Positions 27,020 to 39,961 of a stretch of DNA of 64,000 bases are shown one piece after another. The DNA is taken from contig JAQFVV010000006.1 in NCBI GenBank assembly GCA_028023455.1, forward strand, positions 20,646,001 to 20,710,000, read 5' to 3'. Source of the stretch: Epiperipatus broadwayi. Its lineage: Eukaryota; Animalia; Onychophora. Both the position numbers and the translations under genes were made by a program. The notes beneath the pieces were generated by a model, which made no database searches, was not told where the DNA came from, and saw only the letters and a list, made by a program, of their open reading frames with translations. Numbering within the stretch: the first letter of the stretch is position 1; each line of letters begins with the position of its first letter.

Positions 27020-27400
27020 CTATTTCTTAGGATTCAATTCAAAACTTCAACTATCCTAATATGATCATCACTTCCAACAATATTTTTGGCCAGCTTTATT
27101 TCAGCCTTTCAATTTTTTCATTGATCTCAATGATAATTTTCACTTATGTATTTTGTTTTCAAATCTCTTTATAATCTTTCCATATTTTGTTGAGTGGTCT
27201 GATGACTTTGTCCATGTCTTACACCCATAAATAAAAAATGGTAAAATACATGTATTGAAAACCTTTTCAGACACATAGGCATATTTGTTTTTGATATTAA
27301 TTTATTTCTACCAAAAGCACTCCACCTAAGATTAAATTCTATGATTAATTTCATTCATTACTTTTCTGGCTGTATTGATAATCTGCCCAAGGTAATTATA
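27020..27400 (-). mobile_element. RTE-1-like LINE 3' fragment
   Basis: The minus strand resembles the other RTE-1 copies (RWSAFGRNKLI..KTNMPMCLKR, YGCETWT-like and LKxxWA segments). Confidence 0.75.
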
Positions 27401-30400
27401 CTTGTTGCCTCTTTCTAATTCATAATTCTTAATTTTTATTTTCTTTTAAAAAAAATCCACTGGACAGTACTTTAGACTTTTTAGTCATTAAGATTTGGAC
27501 CAGGTTTTAAAATCTTTGTGTTCCTCAGTTAGGTTTAAAAAAATGTTAAATCTACTTACAAGATTCAATTCTAATAAAAACATTTTTTATTAACCTATTC
27601 AAGATAAATCTCAAATTCTTTAATTTCATGTGCAATAATTTCCCCCCAAAAATGTTACACATTCTTAAAGCATGGCTATACTTTTCGTCTCTATGGTTGT
27701 TTGTGCTTACTAGGTATACAGTTAACTTCAAGAAATTGCTTAAAAATATATATAAGATTCTTTCATCTCTGTAATGCATATGTAATTAATTGTTCACACA
27801 AACAAAATCACGTGGAGTATATGTTGCTTTGTTATATACGCCATTAAAAAATACTACTCAAAAGAAATAAAAAAAAAATGGTTTAAAACATACTTACATT
27901 CCCACAAATTCTTATTAAAAACAAAACATGGCAGCCTACAATCTTTTTCAATTGTGCATTAACAGGATAGCATGAACCTTTATTGAAATGAACATTTTAT
28001 AAAAGCATAGAATCTTAAACTAATTATAGATTAGTTAAGCATTCATCCATTAAAACAATTCTTTCTATTTAACTCCATTTTTGCTAACTGCGGAATAACA
28101 TATTGTAGTGTTGAGATGTGTTGTGGTTTCATTATATGTTTGACTATGGAATTCAAACTTTTTATACATATGTCAACATTTATAAGTCAGTTTGTTTTAT
28201 TAGTGCATCCGGACATTCACTACTACACTCTCAGGCAAGATGGGGGCAAGTATCCATTTACTTTTAATGCATTGTTGGTAGGGGGTGTACAATCATTACA
28301 TGATAATATGTATTACAAGTTTTTCATTTTATGGGTGCATCATTCGCCTTTAGTTTAATGCAATACAACCATTCATCAGCCCAGAAGGCAAACTCCCAAA
28401 CTATAGATGCATTAGGAACATAAATTTTTTCAAGTATAACACAAGTTAACATTTAACTTCATGTATCAATATTTGTATATAACGTTAAAAAACAACGCTA
28501 GTTCCACTTTAACAAAAAGGAAAAAGATTTAGAAAAAATCCTCATATATTAGAAAATGGATATGCTGTAATGACTAAAAACTATGGATTAAACAAAAAAC
28601 TAAAACTCCAACGGAGTGAACAAAGTTTGAAAATAATGATTACGAACCCTGTACATATTGCATATACATACAACATATACATAAAGAGCGCGAATTCATT
28701 ATTTAATCTTTTCTCGTTTACAAACGATATAAAATTGTCCCAAAAAAAATTCAAATTTATTTTACGACGAATTACTTTCAAAAGACTCCTCTTAAATTAA
28801 ACTTCCATTTCACGTAACAATAATCTGTTTTCTATAGTTTTTATAACAATGCTTTTATAAATATTATTTTAACTAAAAATTTATATTTGAAATTGTAAGC
28901 AAAAGAATAATTAATTTCAAAAATCTACATAAAAATTCTAGTACATATTTTAGAAGCTATTGTTCAAATTTAATTAAATATTTTAGTAATTATTAAATTA
29001 AATAACAAACGTCTTAATGCCACCACATATATGCAGTATGTAATGGGATATGTACCGTATACAATCAATAATTCTTTTGTATTGTGCGTGTCCTACATAC
29101 ATCATATATATTGTCAGATATGTATAAACTAAATATGCATGAGTTACCGTAGAATAAATATTTACAGTCATTTTTTTTTTTTAGAATGTACGTATATATA
29201 TATAATAATGGCATAATTCTTTGAGTGAATTTATGGCAGTTTTAGAGTGAAAAGGTCCCTGGATCAAAGCCCTATCTGTCTCTTATGATGCTTGAACATC
29301 ACATGACTTACTGCATAATAAAAATACATGTAATATTAGTTATTTGTCTAAAGATATTTGATTATAGCGTTTAACTTCATCCAATTGAATTGCTAATATT
29401 TAAGCTGCAAGAGCCAAATTTTTGTACTCATACGTAATCTATAGATAAATAATAATTATTGTTAATCATTATTTAGACTGTAGATTGTCAAATGCTTGTG
29501 GCTGGTCAAGCTTTTATGCCATTTATACTTCACTTACTGACAGAATTAGGATTCAAATCAAATCTATTTTAAATATAACCTTCTATTATCCTCTTTTTTA
29601 AGGTCATAGATATATTTTCTAGATATAGTTTAATATACTGGATATCTCCAATTGACAAAAGTTAAGTGAAAATATGCTCAATGGACTACCAAGCAATAGA
29701 TCAACAATTTATTATTACAGTGAGACCATGCTATGTGTTGCATTAATATACACTACTTCAATTAATCGAAATTACTCCCAAATTCTCAATTTAACCAGGC
29801 TGGCCAAAAAAATAAAATCTAAAACACTACCAATGGATTCACTCCTACAAGCAGGCCTCAAGTATAAAGAACTAAAAAATAACATATTTAAACTAAACAT
29901 TACCCACAATTCCACTTACTTCCCATACATCCTTAATATTAAAAGAACTTTTAAATAAGCTAATTGCTTCAGAATCGTAATTTTTTTTTTATTAATAATA
30001 GATTCTTGAATTTTTTTTCTTCTTAAATGTTATCCAAAAAAAAATGTAGAGAAAAAAACATAAAAATTTGTAAAAATGAATACATTTTTTGATATGATAG
30101 AAGTCTTTTTTTCATCTCATAGCACCTAAATAATTATGTTTATGAGTAATGTTTCTTCAGCTTACATTGAAAGCAAGTACAGTTTATTATTCACTTTATA
30201 ATCCTTTCAAAATTTGATGTGATATAATATTTCATATAATACTATCTATAAGTTTTATGAACTTTAAAAAAATTTATAAAGTATCTTTTTAAAGAATAAA
30301 ATGAAAGCTATCAATTTAATAGTGACAGAAAAAAGAATTATCAAATGCCCTTGTATTGCATCAAAAAGCTTAAAGTTTGTAAACTTGGGTCCCAAGAATC

Positions 30401-30448
30401 CAAAATGGATATGGTAAATAGGAATGACTATATAGATTCCAAAATCAG

Positions 30449-30516
30449 TATAGACTTAAAAATATCAAAACTATAAAGGCTATAGACTTAACAATATCGA
30501 AACTATAAAGGCTATA
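30449..30516. repeat. 32-bp tandem duplication
   Basis: tatagacttaa(a/c)aatatc(a/g)aaactataaaggc occurs twice. Confidence 0.9.
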
Positions 30517-30839
30517 ATCTGCAAATAATGAGAATATTGTTACATTACCATGGGAAAAAAGTTTTAGAAGAAAAGGGTGTTTACCAAAGCATGTTTAATT
30601 ACAATGAAAGACTGACATTTTTTTATTTATTTCATTTAAAAATATAAAAATACAGTAAGTTTTAATACATTTTTTAAGGAAATGGAAATGATCAGTAAAT
30701 ATATGCAAATATGTTGTCACAATTTATTATTAATAACTATATTATTATTTTTAAAAATATTATTTGTACTATAATCTTGATTTATATATGAATACTATAT
30801 ATCTAAAAAAAAATGATTGTGTTATATACATGTTGAATT

Positions 30840-31365
30840 ATCCAAATATTAAATCACCCCACATAAGTTCTGAAATTGAGCATTGGCCTTCTGTAAAATA
30901 AATATATAAATATATTAGAATCCTTATTTCAAAATAGTTAGTCTCAAAATGATATATTTATATGTAGGGTGATTTAATATTTGGATATTTATTTTAGTTT
31001 AGCTTTAAGCACTGGGATTATTTTAACATATAATTATGCTAGGTGGTTTAAAGATTAAAATTACTAATGTTTAACTGTCTTTACATAAGAGTAGTAAATG
31101 TGTTTGTTTAGTAGCAAATTAAGATAGTTGCTTGCTTAAAATTCAAGCTTCTTTCTTTGAATTAGTTCATATCTCAATATTTAAAATCTAAAAGCATACA
31201 GTTTCAAAGTGGTATCATTTTGAGGCTGGCTATTTTGAAATACAAACTCTAAAACTCTAATATATTTATTTCTCAGAGAACAGGGCTGAATTTCATAATC
31301 ATGTGAGATGATTTAATATTTGGATATTTATTTCAGTTTAGCATTAAGCACTGGGATTATGTTGA
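30840..31365. repeat. Nested inverted plus direct repeat block
   Basis: 30840-30955 is an inverted copy of 31213-31325, and 30970-31030 is a direct copy of 31308-31365. Confidence 0.75.
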
Positions 31366-31454
31366 ACTATAGATATGCAGTTCAATAAACAATATGCATT
31401 CCATTGTAATCCAAAATACAAAATGTGAGATATTATACATGAAGCATAATAAAT

Positions 31455-31625
31455 AAAATCTTAAACTGGATTTCAAGAAATTGTGAAAGACCAAGTAAGA
31501 AACCACATGTGAGAGGCTGAATGAAATAAGGAAGTGTGCTGGGGTGATGTGAAGAGGAAATGGTAGAGATCAGAGAAGATGGATTAAATTGGAGAATCCT
31601 TCACTCTGCAGTGAATTATAATACT
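31455..31625 (+). mobile_element. RTE-1-like LINE extreme 3' end
   Basis: aaactggatttcaaga...gaaaccacatgtgaga...gagaatccttcactctgcagtg matches the reverse complement of 49655-49850. Confidence 0.8.
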
Positions 31626-31868
31626 AAGCTTGCATTTTATACACAATTAATGAAGCTATACATAACAATTGATAAGCTAAGCACTTTTGGGAATTATATG
31701 TTCCCATATTCATAGCTCCTTTTACTAGTAGTTAGTGAATTCCACAGTAATGTATGCAAATTTATTCAATGATGTTTAAATGGCCCACTTTTTAGAGATA
31801 GTAAAGCAGACATCTTTTATAATGATTGAAAATGATAATGATGAGATGATATGTGTAGGAGTTATAGC

Positions 31869-32105
<237 letters not shown>

Positions 32106-32554
32106 ATAATCATCTTATATTGCAAACTTAGTCTTTAAAAATCATTTTACAATTGCTCTGTTCAAACATCAATTTTTATTAAAAGATTAAAATATTGGAA
32201 ATCCTCAATTTCCTTAAGCTATCCATTCATGTATTTTGCTTTCAGCTGCGTGGTTACTAGTGAGTATGTGCAGAATATAAAAAATATTTTTTACTAAAGA
32301 AAATAAATATTCTAACATATATGATGAAAGACATTCAAGCAATATGGAAGAACTTCTAACTGTGATGAGGCATGGGAAAACTTTTTTCAGAAATGAGCCT
32401 CATGAGATATTATTACCAATAACCTTTCCTTTTAGTATTGTGATATGTAGTTTAATAAACTGTGTTCTCAATATTTATGCAACTATGCATAAATTAATCT
32501 TTTAGCTTAAAAATTAAAAATAGCAAAAAACTGAATATAAATAAAAATAAAAAT

Positions 32555-32556
<2 letters not shown>

Positions 32557-32650
<94 letters not shown>
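32557..32650. repeat. (TA)n microsatellite
   Basis: Direct read. Confidence 0.97.
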
Positions 32651-32652
<2 letters not shown>

Positions 32653-32679
32653 TATATAAGTAAACAAGGTTGGTGGCAA

Positions 32680-34880
32680 GCGAGGGTGCTAAGAATCCCT
32701 GATTGTGGACCAGGCTGCCATTTGATGATGACTTTTATTTAGGTACTTACAACTGTAGATCACTTTCAAGTGAAGGAAGTTGCAGAATTAGAAGAAGAAT
32801 GTCTTATATTAATGGGACTTATTGGACTTTGTGAAGTTAGAAAAAGGTGAAGAAAAATTGATTTAAAAAGTGGACAATACTCTATTATAGAATTGAAAAG
32901 TGGAGTAGGTTCATTATAAAGGAAGAATATTGTGGAGATTGATGGTGTATCGGAAAGTTGCAAGATTAGTTATCAAATTAATAGCAGTTCAATGCAGTAA
33001 TTCAGGTTTATGCAACAAGTCTCATAGTGATGAAGTAGTAGAGTTATATGGATGTACAAGGCTTTGATCAGAGTAAAAATTAAAATGTTATGGAGATTAA
33101 GTAGATTGGTAGCAATGAAAGATGAAAGCTTAGGTAATTTGGTTATGGTAATAGAAATGAGAGAGGAAAATGGAGTTGCAGAAAAAGAAAACTTATATTA
33201 TGAATTCATTTTGAGAAAAAGTTAAGGAAAGGACATGACATAAATGAAGGTACCAAATTGGTATATTGATAACAATACAAGATGTAATGTTCTTAATAAA
33301 TAAAAGTGACAGATTAGTAAGTAAGTTACGTGTTAATGTAAATAAGATATTAATATTTACATTTATCCTATCTAGAATCTAATGAAAAAGAATATGGCAG
33401 TGTAGAGTGAAATTAATTAGAATATAATAACGTTTTAAAGTAGCTTAGAAAAGCAAGACTAATAAAATTCTACTGAGACTAGAGAATTTAAAGAAAGAGG
33501 AATAGAAGATATACAAAATGTATTAAAAGATTGAATATCTCGAATTTGAAAAGTCAAAAGTTGAAGATATAAGAAAGTAACGTGAAATAGCAAGGAAGCT
33601 AGAAAAATAAAGCTCAAGATGTTAAAATTGGTATTGGTAGGAAATTTATATCTAAGAAAATGGAATTACATGACATAAATTAAAGTTACAGTTTATATAG
33701 TAATAAAAAGTACCTCCTATATCTATTACATCTTCCGATTGCATTTTAAATAAAGAAGGAGGATAAAGTATGAAGCTCAGGAAATGATGAAATTATAATG
33801 ATATATTAAAAGAGGTGAAGAATAGAAAATAGAAGTATACCAAATGCTAAAGATAAGTGAGTGGAAGTAATAATATTAATATTTAAAAAGGTGATAAGAT
33901 ATTAGAAATTACAGCCTATGCATATATAAAATCAGATAATTAACTCGTCTACAGATTGGTTTCCAGAAAGCTGGATTTAAAAGGGTTTAACATAGACTAC
34001 AGTATGAAATAGAGGAAGTGAATATGAGTGCATTATGTTTGGTTGTAGATTATGAAAAGGCAGATCTATCACATTTCAGTGATTAAAGCATTGGATATCA
34101 AGTATAGTCAGGATATTGTATATTTAAAGAATATTATAAAAATGCAGCAAATTGGATAATAAGATACTACTGGGGTGTAAGGCAAGGTGACTCCATATCT
34201 CAAACTTTAGAGTGCTCAAAAAGTATTTGTGGATTAAATGGGAAACTAAAGGGTGAAAGTAAATGGGAGTATTTAAGTCATTTAGTTTTGCAGATGATGT
34301 AGTTGTTTTGCAAATAATGCTTCAGGTCGAAAGTTGCAGAGTAGGTGAAAGTAGAAAGTGGACTAAAGTAAGTGTTAAAGACTAAAGTAATGTTTAATCG
34401 ATTTGTAAAATAGAAAATAGTGTTATGAGATTAGGAAGAAGTTACATACCTAGTTAATATTTTGGAATTGGGAATCATAGATTACTGTTGGAGTGCTTTG
34501 GTAGAAATAACTTGATACTAAAAAATATGCCATGTGTTTGAAAAGAATTTTAAAATGTGTTTTACCAGTCTACTTATGGATCTGAGACTTGGACACTATA
34601 GAAGAGCAATACAGGATTCAGACCATAAGAGTATGTGTATGTTGGAAGTAACAGAGAGTCAAAGCAATATGGTAAGAAAAACGGTGTTACTGACCTTATT
34701 GAAAAAATAAAAGTTGAAATGGAGTTGGCTGACATATGTGAGAAATGATAATAGATGACAGTTGAAATTTAACTGATTCCAAGAGTTGTAAAAGCCGAAG
34801 AGACAGAGTGGATGGATGAAATAGAAATGCAGGAGTGTTGTGGAAAAGTAGCGGATGGATCTTGATCTCTCATGGAGTTA
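32680..34880 (+). mobile_element. RTE-1-like LINE spanning APE to the 3' end, riddled with small deletions
   Basis: LGTYNCRSLSSEG, IGLCEVR, GVGFIIRKNIVE, GVRQGDSIS, a FADDVV RT core (~34285) and YGSETWTL. It covers the whole ORF in ~2.2 kb. Confidence 0.85.
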
Positions 34881-35224
34881 TATATTATATTTATTCATCT
34901 CCTTCTCATCCTTCCCTTCTAGATGTCCTTCAATCAATAGTTCCCTTCTTTCTTCTACGTATTCTCCTTAGTCATTGCCTAGAGTAACTTTTAAACATAG
35001 ACTTTATATAAGTATTTCTCCAAAACCATATGATTAATCTCATATGTTTCGTATATAATGAGTATTGAAACATATCCTCAACTAATTAAAACATATCTTA
35101 TTTCACCCTAGATAACAATCATTAACTAAAAATCTCTTCTACTAGTACTGTGCTATAACATTTTGTATATAATGCCATGATATAACGTTCAGAAACATTC
35201 ATATTATAAATAACATATATGTTC

Positions 35225-35800
35225 AATAAAATAAAAAAAGAAAAAAAAAAATATTAAAATAAAAAAAAAAAAAAAGTAAAAAAAAACCAAAAAAAAAAAA
35301 AAAAAAATGGTATAATAAATCATTTTAGTTAATATAATTTTTAGTTATTTTTCTTTTATATTTTTTATTTTTTTTTTTATTCTTATATTTTCTATCGTTC
35401 TTTTGTGTATCTTAAACTCATTTGTTAGTTTTGACATTCTAAGGTTAAAAGGGTAAAATTTCAAACTATTATTCCTAAAAAAGCTGTTGTTTATAGTTTG
35501 GTTATGGTTAAAATCTATATTCCTTCTGTTTATAATGTTTTTTTTTTTAAGTATTGTATTCTTATGGTCTATTGTTACTTATATTCTTTTTATATGTTTT
35601 ATATTTTGGTTATGTTTATTTTGATTTTATATTATTATATCAAATATTAAAAAAATAATAATTAAATTATAATATAAAAAAAAAATTAAAGTAAAGTAAA
35701 AAAAGTAAATAAAAGTAAAGATATAAAAATTATATATTTTTTTATTTTTTTTTAAAAAAATATAAATATTATTTATAAAAAAATTTTTTTCTCTTTATAA
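35225..35800. repeat. Low-complexity A/T-run tract
   Basis: Alternating poly-A and poly-T runs with almost no G or C. Confidence 0.8.
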
Positions 35801-35907
35801 TATTCACCTATATTCTTTAAGTTAATTCATATATATATATATAAATTTTATAAATTTATATACCACACTTTGTTTACTAAACTCATTAATTTCCTTTCTT
35901 CTTTTTT

Positions 35908-36477
35908 CCCCTCAAATCAGTGATTTCAAGCTGATTTCCTATCATCAGTGAAGGGATAGGAGTTAGAAACTAGACCTAAATATTAACTCCAAGCATTTAT
36001 GCAAACGAAGCTGATTTGCTCTCATCAGTGAAGGGATAGGAGTTAGAAACTAGACCTAAATATTAACTCCAAGCATTTGCATAAATGCTTGGAGTTAATA
36101 TTTAGGTCTAGTTTCTAACTCTATTCCTTCATGATGGAAAATCAGCTTGAAATTAGGATCTGAGGGTGGAGCAAATGAAAGAGACAGTGAATATTGACTC
36201 TGACGTTTATGTAAACAAATATGCTTGTTTGGAGGTCTTGGTAAAGCTCCATCTATTGATCATTAATACATAACTGATAGAAACGTTTTGCATAAACGCT
36301 TGGAGTTAATATTTAGGTCTAGTTTCTAACTCCTATTCCTTCACTGATGAGAGCAAATCAGCTTGAAATTAGCTGATCTGAGGGTGGAGCAAAATGAAGG
36401 AGACAGTGAATATTGACTGACGTTTATGTAAACAAATACGCTTGTTTGGAGGTCTTGGTAATGCTCCATCTATTGAT
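35908..36477. mobile_element. Retrozyme/Penelope pLTR-like array: two partial inverted units (-) plus two tandem units (+), with type I hammerhead motifs
   Basis: The unit gcataaa(t/c)gcttggagttaatatttaggtctagtttctaactcc... occurs four times. The palindrome centre is at ~36080. The plus-strand tandem units are 36079-36260 and 36290-36477. Confidence 0.8.
36338..36384 (+). ncRNA. Minimal type I hammerhead ribozyme (predicted cleavage after C36378, AUC triplet)
   Basis: Stem I ccttca/tgaggg, core CTGATGA (36344-36350), stem II gagc/gctt, GAAA (36365-36368), and a short near-palindromic stem III ATTAGCTGAT. Confidence 0.8.
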
Positions 36478-36762
36478 ATATATATACACATTTATAAATA
36501 TTTTTTTATATTTATTGCAAGTAACTTGTATAAAAAGTGCTTCAAGTTATTTTTAATATTTAGCTACCATACAAAATATCATTAAGACCACATATTGGCC
36601 TGAAGGTCATAGGTTGACTATACCTGATTAATCATTATATTTTTAAATATGAATTTTTTGAAGTGTATGAAAAAAGAAAAAATTAAACAGAGTTAAATAA
36701 ATCAGATTTGCACTAAATAAATAAATAATCAAATAGCTTTGGCCAGGAGTTCATAAAAGGTT

Positions 36763-36850
36763 TGAATATCAGAAGTGCCAGAACTGGGATCAATCCAAAG
36801 CCCTTAAACTCCAGAGACTGACATTATACCACCAAACCATGCAGGGCATA
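36763..36850 (-). mobile_element. tRNA-headed SINE family 2
   Basis: The minus strand has tggtttggtggtataatg (A-box-like) and ggattgatccc (B-box-like), then a tail shared with 38088-38150, 39962-40075 and 41540-41650. Confidence 0.55.
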
Positions 36851-38087
36851 ATTCCAGTGAAGTTATATATTGATAATATTGACATTAATATTACTAGAGT
36901 TACAAATAATTCATGTAAGATAGTTGTAAGTTTGGATTCAAATTCTCATTTTATTTTAGTATATGTAGACTTTAATTATCCAACTCAGCTAACCATATAA
37001 CAGATGTCAATAAATTGGTATCTAGCTACTGTTAGTTGGAAGATAAAATATTCCAAATCAATCTAGGCTAGATCAATGAGTGATGTGACTCTAATCAGTG
37101 ATAAAAGAGGTGCCATATTTTTGTGGGTATTGAACCTATGATTATTTTTTAAGAAAATCTTTATAACATAATTTCTAAATTCCTCATCTGGACATTTAAA
37201 TATGATGTATAGATATCATGGGACACATTGCTCAATGTTGCACTGTGGCAACAGTAAAAGTAGTAGTAACCATCAAATGGTTTATTGCTTATAAATTTAT
37301 AAAACGTTGAGCAGTGAGTGCTGAAACCATAATCTATTGAGATGGAGCTTCAGAATTGATTATTTTACTGCCACACTAAACTATAGAAGTCATTTTAAAG
37401 AAATATGATATTAAACAGACATTAAACATATGAAATAATTCAGATTGTTGATATGACATGGAGATCTAAGGGTGTAATGTTTCTGGCTTACTTGACAAGT
37501 GGATGTGAAATAAGTGTTCTGAGTTTTACAAAGATGGATGTTTTCAAAATGGTGGACTTAGAGACTGACAAAAATGTAATCATTGAAAGATATATTCACT
37601 AATAAATCTTAATAAGAATATGAATGTTATTGCCTTATTGTGCAGTATTTGTTTTAAATGTTACATGAAAGAAAAATGGACTTGAAGAATCCCAAAAGTA
37701 GTTTAATTGTATTAATGAATGAAGTCATTAAATGGTTTCTTTGGTGTTTCTAATTTTTTGGAAAAAGTCAGTAACAAATATACTAAAGTTCATTTCTTCC
37801 CTAACTATTAGATAATCTTGTTATTTGTAATTTATAAGCAGCTATTGAGTTTTATAGGATGTGTTTAAGATTAATTCTATCAATTTTATTAATTAGACTG
37901 AATGCCATCAACAATGTCACATGATTGACAGTACCACATGATATCTTTATATGCTATTAAGAATAGTTATTTTTATATTATTCTAAAGTCATCTACTCTA
38001 AATTTGTTGAATTAATAGACAGCAGGTAGTATCATGCAATAAAATCTCATCTTCAAATCAATTTCTACTTTTTGGTTGCATCAGTGA

Positions 38088-38150
38088 CATCTAGGACTGA
38101 TTCTGGCATTCACAGTTCTGGAACTCAGACTTCTTATGAATTCTGGAGCA
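38088..38150 (+). mobile_element. SINE family 2, 5'-truncated copy
   Basis: ctaggactgattctggcatt...ttcttatgaattctggagca matches the reverse complement of 41540-41598. Confidence 0.6.
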
Positions 38151-38677
38151 GTAAAGACATCAGCATTTTTTACAGATCTCATTCTAAGTGGACATGATAA
38201 CACTTAGCTAAGACAAATCCTGGTTTCCATTTTATTTTATTTAAAAACAATAATTGAAGAAATAAAAACCAAGTGATATTTGAGCATTTAAGAGTAAAAT
38301 GGCAAAAATAGTTATTCTTATATTCAAAAACTGCTTCTTATATATGTTATTAATTAGAGCTTTGGAAATAAATGGTGGTAGATATTATTTTAAAACAGAA
38401 TTATAAGAAAGGGTTCTCAAATATAGTGATGAATATTTTTTCCTCTCTTTCTACAAAGAAAGGATAGCATTAATGTCTTTTTGACAAAAAACTCATTAAT
38501 AGAAAGAATTCCTTTATTTGTTTTAATTAAGAAATCCAAGTATTTCAGTTTCCAATGCTTGATTTATTTTTTACAATACCAAAAATGTTTATTGGAGATC
38601 ATTTACCTTTTTCACGTGTATGTGAACATATGTATTGGTTATAACTACTCTTTCTTATTGTATTGCCAAATGTATAA

Positions 38678-38864
38678 CATATAATACTAAATTTTCCAAG
38701 CACATTACTACTGTTTACACAATACTTTATTTTTTTATAATACAAGATATAAAGTTCTGAAGAAGATTGCTGGGACAATTGAAACTGTAAACTGTAAGAA
38801 AGGGTGTGGTAAATAAAGCATTGTGCAACGGTAGTAAAGCACTTGGACAATTTAGTATTATATG
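38678..38864. repeat. ~53-bp inverted repeat enclosing a degenerate hammerhead (38753-38793, +)
   Basis: The arms are 38678-38730 and 38813-38864. Between them lies agtt-CTGAAGA-a-gattg ctggga caatt-GAAA-ctGTA-aact. Confidence 0.65.
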
Positions 38865-39605
38865 GTGTATTGGTTGTATAAGGTGAATTGGATATGATTG
38901 AGGGAAGCTTGAAAGTCTGGGTTCAAATCCCTTTTTAATTATATCTAGCTTATGTATATTTACTATACTTGTATTTTAAAAATAAAAAAATATATAATGA
39001 TTAATAGAAATGAAGATGGACTCAGTCATGTTATTAGATTTATTGTTATTCAATGTAATGATATAACTGCTTTAGATAGTTATATATTGGAGTATTATTT
39101 TTCAAAATTTATTATCTATCTATATAATACAAAAGAATTAAAAAGATTCATTTAAAGACACTTCACAGTGGTAAGATTATAAGATCACAATATATTCTTA
39201 GCAGGGAGTGACAAGTAGAATTTATAATTGTAAGTTTGTGTTTTTAAATAGACAAATAAAATGGATGAAAATAACAGAGGAAACATAAATTCCAGAATCA
39301 TTTTAACAAAAGAAACATAATTATTTGACTATAAAAATGATTTCAAAAGCATTCTAAGAAGTTGCAGTAATATTTGCTTTTATTAAAAGAAAGAATGGCT
39401 GAGAATAAAGTGAAATGAAAACTCATTATATAAGATCTTAAAGTTGTCACAGATGACATTAAAGGAGAACATTGCGAAACGTTACATAAGCAAATTAAAT
39501 GTCCAGAGTGTGATATATGTTATTATATTTGTATTACATGGTTTATATCAACATTGCAAACTTTTTTCATATTATGCCCAGTTTTATAATAGCAAAGAAG
39601 CTTGC

Positions 39606-39713
39606 AGTCAAGCATTGGTGGTCGAGAGGTTAGCGACAGCTGCTTTACAAGCAGTTGTCCTGGGTTAGTGGGTTTGCTTCCCAGCTGATGTTATGACACA
39701 TGAGAAAAAAAAA
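39606..39713 (+). mobile_element. tRNA-Gly-derived SINE, copy C
   Basis: agtcaa-GCATTGGTGGTCGAGAGGTTAGCG...GGGTTTGCTTCCCAGCTGATGTTATGACACATGAG-A9, near-identical to copy A. Confidence 0.8.
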
Positions 39714-39961
39714 GGTATTGTTAGTAAAGTGTAAAACACATACATAGACACTCATTACAAGTATATTTTTTTAGCACACAACTAACATTTTAAAAAAAAT
39801 TATCATTTTTTTAAAGTATATTATTTTAATTTTGTATTTATTATAATTTGATAATTTAAACTTCAAAATTGTTTGTTTGTTTTTAAATCAATCATTTTAT
39901 TTAAAATAAATAATCTGAACTTATCTGCATGCATAAAAAAGATAATTGTTTGATATATTAG

